Virus record (IMG/VR): IMGVR_UViG_3300020464_000002
Span: 1-64,000 of that record
Length of the DNA stretch: 64,000 nucleotides
DNA from: a virus
Reading direction: 5' to 3' (one strand)
The translations under genes were made by a program, and so were the position numbers. The notes beneath the pieces are model-generated. The model made no database searches. It saw only the letters and a program-made list of their open reading frames with translations, and was not told the origin of the DNA. Position 1 is the first letter of the stretch. The number at the start of each line of letters is the position of its first letter. Positions 37,516 through 46,260 of this stretch are shown here, piece after piece.

Positions 37516-37760
37516 ACACAGTAGTAAAAATAACCGCTTACGACCCGCTAGATATGGGGGATGATGATGTTGATGGTCTTGATGCAGGTTGGCACGCGGT
37601 AAGCGCTAATCATGGTGATATGCAAATACTGTGTAGCGGCTTTTTTTTCGGTGATGGTGCAAGCGGTATCGAGTATCAGCTAAAAGAGCGCAAGCGCGGC
37701 GGTATCACATGCTGTGAGTGCTTGCGGTTAATCAAGGCATACAAGGCGGTGAAGCTATGA
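37512..37760 (+). CDS. small hypothetical protein
   Basis: 82-aa ORF with ATGA overlaps on both sides. Confidence 0.45.
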   Translation: MNTVVKITAYDPLDMGDDDVDGLDAGWHAVSANHGDMQILCSGFFFGDGASGIEYQLKERKRGGITCCECLRLIKAYKAVKL

Positions 37761-38623
37761 GTATCAAACCACTAATGAGGTATCACGGAGCCAAGTGGCG
37801 CTTAGCCCCTTGGATTATCAGCCACTTTCCACAGCATCATTGTTATGTCGAGCCTTTTGGTGGTAGTGCGGCGGTACTCATCAGTAAAGAGCCATCGATA
37901 CGTGAAGTCTATAACGATAAAAACGATGAGATTGTGAACCTGTTTAACGTGATTCGATGCAACAACATGCGTCCTGAGCTACTTAGACTGCTACATATGA
38001 CGCCATATAGCCGTACTGAGTTTGAATTTTCAAAAGAGCATAGCGATGCACATCGTGATTCGCGTGGAAACATCATACCGGGCGACTCTGCGGTAATAGA
38101 AGCCCTTAAACTACTGGTACGCGCTCAGATGGGCTTTGGCAGCGCTGGCGCGACACGTGGTAATACTGGCTTTAGATTAGATACAGCACGTGGCGGAACC
38201 TCTTTACAGTCGCTTTGGTCAGAATTGCCGGAAAGGGTTTTAGAAGTCACTGAGCGCTTGCGTAACGTCATCATTGAAAATACCGATGCTTATAACGTTA
38301 TCAAGCAGCACGACCGCAGCGACACACTCTTTTATCTTGATCCTCCGTACACATTGGACACGCGCACTAATACAGACAGCTACGGCAAGTTTGAAATGCG
38401 CGAGTTTGAGCATGAGCGCTTACTCGATCTGACTCTAAAATCAAAAGGCATGTTTGTGATTAGTGGTTATGACAATGAGCTTTACAACGACATGCTGAAC
38501 GGTTGGACTAAATCATCAAGACAGACAGCTATCAGTAGTCGCAATGGTAGTGGTAAGCGCACTGAGGTACTTTGGATATCGCCTAATTGTGAGCAGCAGC
38601 AACCTGACATTTTTGATTTCTAG
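37757..38623 (+). CDS. dam: DNA N6-adenine methyltransferase, Dam (D12-class) family
   Basis: N-terminal MRYHGAKWRLAPWI...EPFGGSAAV and the catalytic FYLDPPYT motif. ATG 37757 overlaps the upstream stop. Confidence 0.75.
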   Translation: MSIKPLMRYHGAKWRLAPWIISHFPQHHCYVEPFGGSAAVLISKEPSIREVYNDKNDEIVNLFNVIRCNNMRPELLRLLHMTPYSRTEFEFSKEHSDAHRDSRGNIIPGDSAVIEALKLLVRAQMGFGSAGATRGNTGFRLDTARGGTSLQSLWSELPERVLEVTERLRNVIIENTDAYNVIKQHDRSDTLFYLDPPYTLDTRTNTDSYGKFEMREFEHERLLDLTLKSKGMFVISGYDNELYNDMLNGWTKSSRQTAISSRNGSGKRTEVLWISPNCEQQQPDIFDF

Positions 38624-38634
38624 GAGGTAAGCGC

Positions 38635-39039
38635 GTGAGTAATCCTAAGCATAAAGTTATTAAGGCGCTTGATCAGCCAAAAATTGAGGTCGATCGCGGC
38701 GCGCATAAGTTGGATAAGTGGCTAGACAGACAGCGCGGGATCATCGAGCAAGCGGGCGTCGATCATAAGGCGGCCAACCCCGACAGATATTTTGTCGCAT
38801 TTGTCAGGCTCGATATGCCGAGATCAACCGCACCTGAGCGCGTATGGCCTAGATCCATCAATGAGACTTTTTTATTTGAGCAGCCTGATATGCCGTCACT
38901 AGACGATGTTGTTGCTACAGCTAAAAAAGCATGGGGTATTGCGGACAGGGTTGAAGTGTTGAATTTTTATGAAATGAATGAGGTGGATTACATGGCGTTT
39001 CTTGGTGACGAGTCGGGCTGGACGGTGATACACGAATGA
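38635..39039 (+). CDS. hypothetical protein
   Basis: 134-aa ORF with a GTG start after GGAGG. Confidence 0.45.
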   Translation: MSNPKHKVIKALDQPKIEVDRGAHKLDKWLDRQRGIIEQAGVDHKAANPDRYFVAFVRLDMPRSTAPERVWPRSINETFLFEQPDMPSLDDVVATAKKAWGIADRVEVLNFYEMNEVDYMAFLGDESGWTVIHE

Positions 39040-39344
39040 AAAAAGATCCAACCGACTATACATCAGGCGAGCGCAAATTTGCTGATTTAGTAGCAGCGCT
39101 CAAAGCTGGCAAGCCGAACGCCTATACGTACCGCGTAAATAGTGCAGTCACCGAGGACGGCGATTTTGTAATAGGGCTGACATACCATAGAGAGCGCCGG
39201 TATTACTCAGCCAGTGCGATTGAAGTTGATGGGGTGCGAGATAACAGCAAGTTATGCAGTTGGGATGCAGAGGGCGGCGCGTTAGAAAGCGATTTAAGCG
39301 ACTTAAATATTAACTCAGTACACGCATCGGTCAGGACGGTTTAA
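39036..39344 (+). CDS. hypothetical protein
   Basis: 102-aa ORF with an ATGA overlap. Confidence 0.45.
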   Translation: MKKDPTDYTSGERKFADLVAALKAGKPNAYTYRVNSAVTEDGDFVIGLTYHRERRYYSASAIEVDGVRDNSKLCSWDAEGGALESDLSDLNINSVHASVRTV

Positions 39345-39364
39345 AGGGCAGGAGGGGCGGCCAC

Positions 39365-39847
39365 ATGGCACGCAAAACAGCAAAGAGAAGCAGGATCACA
39401 TACAAAGACATTGCACACACCAAAGTTGGTATGGCAAATCTTCATAAAGTGGCCGAATTATGGTCAAAAAAACCTAAGAAAAAAGGCAATAAGTTTGGCG
39501 CGATCAAGGTTGTTATTGACGGCATTAAGTTTGACAGCGAGGGCGAGGGCGAACGCTACAAGTTCTTAAAATCCAAACTGGCCGCTGGCGTGATTCGAGA
39601 TCTACGGTTGCAGGTTAAGTATGAGCTGACACCAAAATATGAGGAAAAGGACGGCACAAAGGTTCGCGCCATGAATTACGTTGCCGATTTTGTTTACTTC
39701 AATGTCTTAACCGGCACGGAAGTGGTCGAGGATTTTAAAGGCCGCCGCACTCAGTCGTATAAAGACAAGCGCAAGCAGATGAAAATAATACATGACATAG
39801 AGATCTATGAGACAACCCGAAAAACATTAAAGGATGGGATTTTATGA
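39365..39847 (+). CDS. DUF1064-family protein
   Basis: NKFGAIKVVIDGIKFDSEGEGERY ... YVADFVY ... VEDFKG pattern, typical of DUF1064. Confidence 0.55.
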   Translation: MARKTAKRSRITYKDIAHTKVGMANLHKVAELWSKKPKKKGNKFGAIKVVIDGIKFDSEGEGERYKFLKSKLAAGVIRDLRLQVKYELTPKYEEKDGTKVRAMNYVADFVYFNVLTGTEVVEDFKGRRTQSYKDKRKQMKIIHDIEIYETTRKTLKDGIL

Positions 39848-40086
39848 CCGAGCTTATAGCAAGTTTTGGAAACCAGCAACCAACAAAGAGGCAGCAAGCC
39901 ATGAGTAAAGAAGCCAAGTATTTAGAAGATGATAGCCCAATCGGTAACGTTGTTAACAGCCGCGTCATGTGGTTAAGAAGTCAGTATAACCAAGGCGTGA
40001 GAAACAACCAAACACGCGCCGCCAACACGCTATATGGCCGCGTTCGCCGTGACAAACTTGCTAGCAAAAAGCGAGGTGAGGTATGA
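39844..40086 (+). CDS. small hypothetical protein
   Basis: 80-aa ORF with overlapping starts and stops. Confidence 0.4.
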   Translation: MTELIASFGNQQPTKRQQAMSKEAKYLEDDSPIGNVVNSRVMWLRSQYNQGVRNNQTRAANTLYGRVRRDKLASKKRGEV

Positions 40087-40724
40087 GCTTAGCAGAAGAC
40101 ATGAAAACGCTAGCAAGCGCTGGCGATCAGCGCCGTAAATGCGTTGAATGTAGGAACGCCTATCACGTAAGCACGCCTGATGGGATATGGATTGATGGTT
40201 GTGGGCGATGCGTTAGTTGCCAGCAGTCAAAGCCTCACAACAAAAAATCGGTCGATGTTACCAAGTGCATATCAACGAATATGGCTTACGTCCAAAAGGC
40301 AACAGGGGAGAGGGTTGTTATTGAGTCTGTTTCCTTAGACTACGAGGGTATTTACCAAGTGGTTTTTAGAACAGTCGCCTATAGCAGTACAGTCTCAATG
40401 AGGTTAACCGATTTCTTCTTGCAATATGAATTAGACATAATTACAGAAAATGATCAGAAGTTAGCCGCGCCGCTGGCAGGTAATGAAAAAACTTATTACT
40501 ACGTTACTTATTCGTTTTTGGCTGGCCGTAGAAAAACGCATAAGCGAGGGTTTACGGCAATAAGCATCAAGGGGTTATCGATATTTAATTTATCAGCATT
40601 GCAGAAACAAATAAAAAATGAGGAGCAAAAACAAACAGGGCTAAAAGTGCATAGCGTGTTAATAGAAAACTGGATAAAAATTAATGAAACCAAGTATAAC
40701 GATTTAATGGGTCATGTTTTATGA
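40083..40724 (+). CDS. Cys4 zinc-finger protein (candidate late regulator)
   Basis: CVEC...CGRCVSC near the N-terminus. One of the last sizeable early-right genes before the late block. Confidence 0.35.
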   Translation: MSLAEDMKTLASAGDQRRKCVECRNAYHVSTPDGIWIDGCGRCVSCQQSKPHNKKSVDVTKCISTNMAYVQKATGERVVIESVSLDYEGIYQVVFRTVAYSSTVSMRLTDFFLQYELDIITENDQKLAAPLAGNEKTYYYVTYSFLAGRRKTHKRGFTAISIKGLSIFNLSALQKQIKNEEQKQTGLKVHSVLIENWIKINETKYNDLMGHVL

Positions 40725-40784
40725 GTATTAAAAAGTCACTCAAAACAACGCGATTAATCAGCGTGTCAGGCTTGGGCTAATACG

Positions 40785-40883
40785 ATGTTTGACCTAATTT
40801 TATCAATGGTGGCAGCGCTTGTAATGACAGGCGTTTTTCTAAAAGCAAGTGAGTGGTTTTGGCTAAAAGGTAAGAAAAAATGA
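40785..40883 (+). CDS. 32-aa hydrophobic peptide (not in ORF track)
   Basis: MFDLILSMVAALVMTGVFLKASEWFWLKGKKK. Stop overlaps the next start (ATGA at 40880-40883). Confidence 0.3.
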   Translation: MFDLILSMVAALVMTGVFLKASEWFWLKGKKK

Positions 40884-41146
40884 CGTTAAGAAAAGCGACA
40901 CAGGCAACATTTAAAATCGCCCCGCCTTGGGTTAAATCAATCGCGGTTAATCGTAACGGTGAGTGCTGGGGTTTTGAAGTAGTAGTGGCCGACCTTGAAA
41001 GAAACGATCGCCGTTTTTGGTGTGCACTTATGGATAAGAGAGATGTTCTTTTAGGATCAGGTTTTGATACAACCAAGTGGAAGAATAGCGCTATTAATAG
41101 TTTAGAGGTGAAAGCAAGAATACGTCAGCAAAGAAATAATGTGTAA
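40880..41146 (+). CDS. hypothetical protein
   Basis: 88-aa ORF followed by hairpin 41158-41181. Confidence 0.45.
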   Translation: MTLRKATQATFKIAPPWVKSIAVNRNGECWGFEVVVADLERNDRRFWCALMDKRDVLLGSGFDTTKWKNSAINSLEVKARIRQQRNNV

Positions 41147-41157
41147 GCAATAAAAAA

Positions 41158-41181
41158 GCGCCTATGTTCGAGCATAGGCGC
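41158..41181. terminator. strong hairpin, terminator-like (T-run on the minus side only)
   Basis: GCGCCTATG ttcgag CATAGGCGC, preceded by A6 and followed only by TT. Confidence 0.35.
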
Positions 41182-41281
41182 TTAGATCGTTGCAGGATTT
41201 GAACTGAACAACTGGCATAACAATTATACAATGTTATTTGCTTTTTGCAACAATGGTTGTGGAGAGTGTTCAGGGGGAATA

Positions 41282-41980
41282 ATGGCTAAACGATCAGGAT
41301 ATACAAAACGTGATATTAAAAACATCAATGTTACGGTAGGGCTAAATTTAGCAGCAGCGCGGCGTAATGCTGGCATGTCTCAAACTGATGTGATGAAAGC
41401 TGTATGGGGTGTATCTAATAACCGAAATCGTATTAGTGAGATTGAGAACGGCAAAAAAGACTTAACGCTTATCGATCTTCTTATTTTTCAAGATCTTTAC
41501 GGTCAATCATTGGATTATATATGCGGTCTATCGACAGAACCCGAAGTTGATATGCTGGCGGGAACCGTTAACCATGTGGTTAACCAGTCGCACGCATTGA
41601 TTGAAATGCTGACAGGTAGCATGGCTGACGTGATCGTCAATCATGTTAAATCGATCAGTAAAAATGATCATGAGGCGTTGCTGGACGCGTCAAAGCGTCT
41701 ATGTAATATCGTTAGGAATGATCACAAAGACGACAGTGCCAGCGTTGAAGCTGTGGTGGCCGCCAGTACCGTAATGCGCGTTGTTAGATCGATAGAGGTC
41801 AAGCAAGCAAGGCAAGCACAAGCCATTGATACGCAGATGACACAAATCGCCGAGCGTGTTGATCGTGAAGACCGTCACCGCTTGCTAAAAGATCGTGACC
41901 GTCACTATCAGTACAGCATACCTTTACCCGCGCCAATGATGTTGGACGGCGCAAACGTGGTGGGGGTTAGCTGTGAGTGA
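41282..41980 (+). CDS. XRE-family HTH regulator (candidate late activator)
   Basis: ATG 41282 after GGGGGA. HTH NLAAARRNAGMSQTDVMKAV...ISEIENGKKDLTL. First gene of the second late block. Confidence 0.5.
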   Translation: MAKRSGYTKRDIKNINVTVGLNLAAARRNAGMSQTDVMKAVWGVSNNRNRISEIENGKKDLTLIDLLIFQDLYGQSLDYICGLSTEPEVDMLAGTVNHVVNQSHALIEMLTGSMADVIVNHVKSISKNDHEALLDASKRLCNIVRNDHKDDSASVEAVVAASTVMRVVRSIEVKQARQAQAIDTQMTQIAERVDREDRHRLLKDRDRHYQYSIPLPAPMMLDGANVVGVSCE

Positions 41981-42917
41981 TCAATCCTTAAAAGACGAGA
42001 TATGGGCGGCGGCTAAGTTAATATGGGAGAACACACCCAAAATCACCGACCGAGAATTACTGGATCAACTACAAACGACCTACGGAGAAAGTGCACCAAA
42101 GTCGAGCGGTTCGGTAAGCAAAAGGCGAAAAAAGGAAGCATGGACGAAGCAAAGCCTTGTTAAATCGCCTAAAAATAGCCTAAAAATAGAGGGAGAGGAC
42201 GCAGGAAGCAAGCAACCTAGGAAGCAGGAAGCGCAAAATAATACTTTGATTCCTTCAAAAAATAATAAAGCACAAAACGGCTATTTAGAGAGGGAAGCGG
42301 AAGCAGCAGGAAGCAAGATTGGTGAAATAACCGACAATGTGGTGATCGATGCCAAAGGTCGCGCCGCCATTATTAATAGGACTAGACGAAGGTTTAGTAA
42401 TTTAGGTGAATTGTTTGATCAAGCGCTTGCCATAACGCTAAGTATTCCTGAGCTGGCAGATGAGGTAGAGAGAATAGAGCAAGAGGCGCTGGCAGGTGAA
42501 TACGGCGCTAACTTTGAAATAGGTGAGAACGACAAAAAAGAACCGATAGCCGAGGTCGAGGCCGCCGCGCAACGATTGCAACGAGCCATGGTGTTAAGCA
42601 AGTCTTTAACCGAGACTACAACCAGCTTGTCTATGGCGCTTAAAACCATATCAGAAGTTGAAATGCCGTTATGCGGGATCACAGCGGACGACTTCAAACA
42701 GTCAGACCAAGACCGCCGTTTGGATGCCTTGGCCGCGCTGGGCGATATCAATAAGAAAGAGCGTGAGGCACGCGAACAGTTGCAGCCTGAGTTATATGAG
42801 CGCTTGAACCGCATTAAGGCGGCAGAGGCAAGCGCTGATTTTGGCCTTGATGATGAGGGTAATGAGGGAAACCCCGATGATGATATCGATGATATCGATT
42901 ATACGAGCGTTGACTAG
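41973..42917 (+). CDS. hypothetical protein (possible DNA-binding/packaging accessory)
   Basis: 314-aa ORF with a GTG start, basic middle region and acidic C-terminus. Confidence 0.4.
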   Translation: MSDQSLKDEIWAAAKLIWENTPKITDRELLDQLQTTYGESAPKSSGSVSKRRKKEAWTKQSLVKSPKNSLKIEGEDAGSKQPRKQEAQNNTLIPSKNNKAQNGYLEREAEAAGSKIGEITDNVVIDAKGRAAIINRTRRRFSNLGELFDQALAITLSIPELADEVERIEQEALAGEYGANFEIGENDKKEPIAEVEAAAQRLQRAMVLSKSLTETTTSLSMALKTISEVEMPLCGITADDFKQSDQDRRLDALAALGDINKKEREAREQLQPELYERLNRIKAAEASADFGLDDEGNEGNPDDDIDDIDYTSVD

Positions 42918-42942
42918 GCTGGCAGGTAATAAGGAGGGGGTT

Positions 42943-43086
42943 ATGGGTAAGATCTTAGAGGTAATTGATAAGATTATTGGGGTTGTAATAGAGCAATCCC
43001 CGCGCTGGCTGGCCATTGTTTTTTATATGATGGTTTTATCGATGCTTATAACTTGGGTAGGGTCGATGTTTAGTTACTACTACTGA
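42943..43086 (+). CDS. 47-aa membrane peptide
   Basis: ATG 42943 after a strong AAGGAGG. Hydrophobic segment WLAIVFYMMVLSMLITWVGSMF. Confidence 0.45.
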   Translation: MGKILEVIDKIIGVVIEQSPRWLAIVFYMMVLSMLITWVGSMFSYYY

Positions 43087-43096
43087 GGGAGCGTGT

Positions 43097-43171
43097 AAGG
43101 AACACCAAGGCCGCCGTATCACTTAGCAATGCCATAATCTAATGACTGAATTATCAAATAAGGCATAGATC
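43097..43171 (+). promoter_or_regulatory. late-promoter unit C (degenerate box)
   Basis: AGGAACACCAAGG 43097-43109. TGn plus CATAAT 43132-43137. Weak 5-bp IR ATGCC/GGCAT 43128-43132/43162-43166. ATG 43172. Confidence 0.45.
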
Positions 43172-45535
43172 ATGACATACCTAAACTATGATGCTGGCGG
43201 CTTCATCGTTGGCGTTAATAAAATGAATGATGGTATCGACCGTGTGCACAATGACACGCAAGAGATCATCCAAATACTAAAGAGCCAAAATCAAATTGCT
43301 AATACGCGCATGACTGAGCTAACAAGGGCGGTCAGAAAGGCCACCTATCAAGCCAGTAGTCAGAGCGCCGTTAACAACAACCGAGAACGCGCCGCCAGTG
43401 GCCGCACCTCGTCCACAAGTCGCATTGCCGGTGAACCCGCCAGCATAACCCGACAAGCACCAAGCGCTAGACAGCGCACGCAATCAAACAGCAACACTCA
43501 AAACATTGGTAGTCAGGCACGCGCCGCAAGACGCAACCAAGGCGGTAGTCAGGCGGATGGTGACGCCGTACCGATCAGCCGTGACAGCACCAATGCCAGC
43601 ACGCGAACGCGCAGCCCCAACAGTGACAGCCCCGCCAGTACGGACGCAGCAGGGCGCGAACGTGACGCAAGAGGTCGCTTTACTGGGGGTAGTAGCTCAG
43701 CGTCCGAAAACGAGCGTAGAAAGCTGGGTTTTGGCTCATTAAGTGGCGGCCGCAGTGATACCAGTGGCATTGACCCATTAGTCGATAGCTTTAGAGAGGC
43801 AAAAGATCTTTTATCGCCGATTGGTGGCATTGGTAAGCTGGCAGGTCGCGGCGTTAAATTTAGCGTGTCAAAGCTAAGGGCTATGAAGCGGCGGGAACCA
43901 TTGCCAAACGATCAAGATCGACATAACAATGAGAACGAGAAGCTACTAGATAAGATCTTAAAGGCCATTATAAAGCAAGGCAGTAACGGCGGCGGTGGCG
44001 GCTTGCTGGGCGGCTTACTGGGCGGCGGTCGCGGTGGCCGTGGCGGTGGCCTCAAAAACCTATTTAAGAAAATGGGCGGCCTAAAGGCGCTAGGCGTAAT
44101 TGGGGCGCTGGCTGGTACAGCTGGCCTTGCGATGGACTGGGATAATCTTGATCATCAAGGCAAATCAGAGGGTGTAGGTAGGCTGGCGGGTGCTGGCGCT
44201 GGTGCAATCGCTGGCGCGACCGCTGGATCACTAGTCGTACCAGTGGTCGGTACAGCTATTGGCGCGGTTGTTGGTGGCTGGCTTGGTAGTGAGGGCGGTG
44301 AATGGCTTGGCGGTGTGGCCTCACCATATATTCAGAGTTGGACGAGCGCGATCACAGCCTATAACTTGCCAGCGAAAATGAGCGACACATGGGATGATGG
44401 TATTAAACCGTTTTTTACTCGCATGGACGCGCTGGCAGGTAAGATGAGCGCTTGGGTTGATCGAAAAATGACCGATATTGGCGATGCTGTCTCATCGACT
44501 GGCGCGGGGCTTAGTGAAGCGCTTGGACTGGCAGATCTTGGCTCGGTGGCAGAGAAGTATGAATCCGGTGGGCGCGGCGTTGGTACGATATCAACGGGCA
44601 AAGGTGATCACGGCGGCGTATCGTATGGCACACATCAGTTATCATCAAAAACCGGTACGATGGCCGCGTTTTTAAGAAGTCCTGACGGTAAGAAGTTTGC
44701 CGACGAGTTTGCGGGCATGTCGGCCGGATCAGCGGCGTTTAATGCCAAGTATAAAGACGTGGTTAGCAGACGCGGTGACGAGTTTAAGCAAGCGCAAAAA
44801 GACTACATTACCCGCACGCACTACATGCCGGCTAAAAAGATCGCTGAAGGGTACGGCTTCGACACCTCTAATCGTGGTATTCAGGAAGCTATTTACTCGC
44901 ACTCTACCCAGTACGGGGCTAACCATAAGTCACGGTTTAAGCGGGTGGCAGAGTCAGGCGTTGATATGTCCGACAATGAGGCTGTGTTAAAGGCGTTTTA
45001 TGAAGACAAGGCGCGTTACGTTGATAGCGACTTTAAAAGCAGCTCAGCAAACGTAAGGGCTGGCGTGCGCAAGCGCATCAAGAGTGAGAAAGCGGACGTA
45101 TTGGCCATTTCTAAGGTATCGGACGTTAAAGAGGCGGTTGTAAATGCTGTTGCGCCTGAAACCGCGCCAAAGAGTGAGACTGGTAAATATACTGGCGGTA
45201 TCATGGGGCGTGACGCTAGAGAGCAAATCAAGTCTGTTGCAAATAAAGGATCATTGGATAAGGTTAGCAGCAACTTTAGCGACAACGTGCCAATGATCTT
45301 TAATTCGAGCACGCCAGCTGGCAGGGATCTTGGTTATGCCCCCGCAAACTTCCCTAGTGCACCTATGCTGAATGTGCCTAATATGCCAAAGGTTAAGCAA
45401 CGACTGGATAGCGGCGGGGATAGCAAGCCGATCATGATACAGAGCAGCAATGACAGCATTAACCAAAACGTGTCAGACCGCAGCTTGGCACACGCGATCA
45501 CTGGTGGGTTAGGCCAACAACGCCAGTGGGGTTGA
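43172..45535 (+). CDS. 787-aa glycine-zipper membrane-active virion protein with a putative C-terminal cell-wall hydrolase-like domain
   Basis: S/T/R-rich disordered region, a G-rich run (GGGGGLLGGLLGGGRGGRGGG), glycine-zipper helices (AGAGAGAIAGATAGS...GTAIGAVVGGWLG), then YESGGRGVGTISTGKGDHGGVSYGTHQLSS. Confidence 0.4.
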   Translation: MTYLNYDAGGFIVGVNKMNDGIDRVHNDTQEIIQILKSQNQIANTRMTELTRAVRKATYQASSQSAVNNNRERAASGRTSSTSRIAGEPASITRQAPSARQRTQSNSNTQNIGSQARAARRNQGGSQADGDAVPISRDSTNASTRTRSPNSDSPASTDAAGRERDARGRFTGGSSSASENERRKLGFGSLSGGRSDTSGIDPLVDSFREAKDLLSPIGGIGKLAGRGVKFSVSKLRAMKRREPLPNDQDRHNNENEKLLDKILKAIIKQGSNGGGGGLLGGLLGGGRGGRGGGLKNLFKKMGGLKALGVIGALAGTAGLAMDWDNLDHQGKSEGVGRLAGAGAGAIAGATAGSLVVPVVGTAIGAVVGGWLGSEGGEWLGGVASPYIQSWTSAITAYNLPAKMSDTWDDGIKPFFTRMDALAGKMSAWVDRKMTDIGDAVSSTGAGLSEALGLADLGSVAEKYESGGRGVGTISTGKGDHGGVSYGTHQLSSKTGTMAAFLRSPDGKKFADEFAGMSAGSAAFNAKYKDVVSRRGDEFKQAQKDYITRTHYMPAKKIAEGYGFDTSNRGIQEAIYSHSTQYGANHKSRFKRVAESGVDMSDNEAVLKAFYEDKARYVDSDFKSSSANVRAGVRKRIKSEKADVLAISKVSDVKEAVVNAVAPETAPKSETGKYTGGIMGRDAREQIKSVANKGSLDKVSSNFSDNVPMIFNSSTPAGRDLGYAPANFPSAPMLNVPNMPKVKQRLDSGGDSKPIMIQSSNDSINQNVSDRSLAHAITGGLGQQRQWG

Positions 45536-45542
45536 TCAGGCG

Positions 45543-45571
45543 TGACGCGGCGCGGTTGGCAGTGCTACAAT
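45543..45571 (+). promoter_or_regulatory. sigma70 promoter with extended -10
   Basis: TGACGC (45543-45548), 17 nt, TGc TACAAT (45566-45571). Confidence 0.5.
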
Positions 45572-45599
45572 CATAAACTTCTTACATGAGGGGTTAATT

Positions 45600-46103
45600 A
45601 TGCAGTTACAGACAGTTTTAAAACGTGCCAGTATTGGCTTATTGGCTGGCGTGGCCATGATGAGTCAGGCGCAAGCGGCCAACTCATCAAAAGATGATAA
45701 CTTGATGTGCGCCGCTTACATGGATATTGCAGTGGCAGATCTTTACCCGCTAAAGCTCATACCGTATGCCAAAGCCAAGCAAATGCTAAGTAGCAGATTT
45801 TTACGTTTGGCCACCACGTCCATATCAACCGATGAGTCGATTAGCGCGGTCGTTGATAGTTTCATCAATTCACGGAACCAAGCAAGGGAAGCCTTGCTTA
45901 AAAATAACCAGTTTAACGACTTGCGCTTAAATCCTGAAGGTGATCTTCTCACGTATGCGCAAGCGATCGACAAACAGATGAATCAGTATTGCCCGAAAGG
46001 TAACACCAGCTATGAGGCAATGGCCAACGATTACGATCGTGAGGATATTTTGGCCATGGTGGTTGAGATATCAAAAGAGCTAAAAAAGCACGGCGAAAAA
46101 TAA
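45600..46103 (+). CDS. secreted/periplasmic protein (moron)
   Basis: Signal peptide MQLQTVLKRASIGLLAGVAMMSQAQA. Has its own sigma70-type promoter and sits between late operons. Confidence 0.55.
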   Translation: MQLQTVLKRASIGLLAGVAMMSQAQAANSSKDDNLMCAAYMDIAVADLYPLKLIPYAKAKQMLSSRFLRLATTSISTDESISAVVDSFINSRNQAREALLKNNQFNDLRLNPEGDLLTYAQAIDKQMNQYCPKGNTSYEAMANDYDREDILAMVVEISKELKKHGEK

Positions 46104-46182
46104 CGGCGTGATCAGGCGTTAAACAAGCTCTCGTTAGAAATAGCGGGGGCTTTTTGCTGGCGAGCACTCACTCATAAAGCCT

Positions 46183-46260
46183 AGGAACACCCCACCAGCC
46201 AGCCCCCGCAAGCCCCTTAAACTAGACGTATTCACCACGTTTATTTAAGGGGCATTTTTT
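46183..46260 (+). promoter_or_regulatory. late-promoter unit D
   Basis: AGGAACACCCCACC 46183-46196. TAAACT 46218-46223. IR GCCCCTTAAA/TTTAAGGGGC 46212-46221/46244-46253, then AT6. ATG 46261. Confidence 0.55.

Noticed and set aside
46142-46209. Long-range GC-rich inverted repeat AGCGGGGGCT / AGCCCCCGC bracketing late box D
   Set aside because: The match is only 9 of 10, the loop is about 50 nt, and no equivalent exists at the other nine boxes. It is probably the remnant of a terminator (GCGGGGGC followed by T5), or coincidence.
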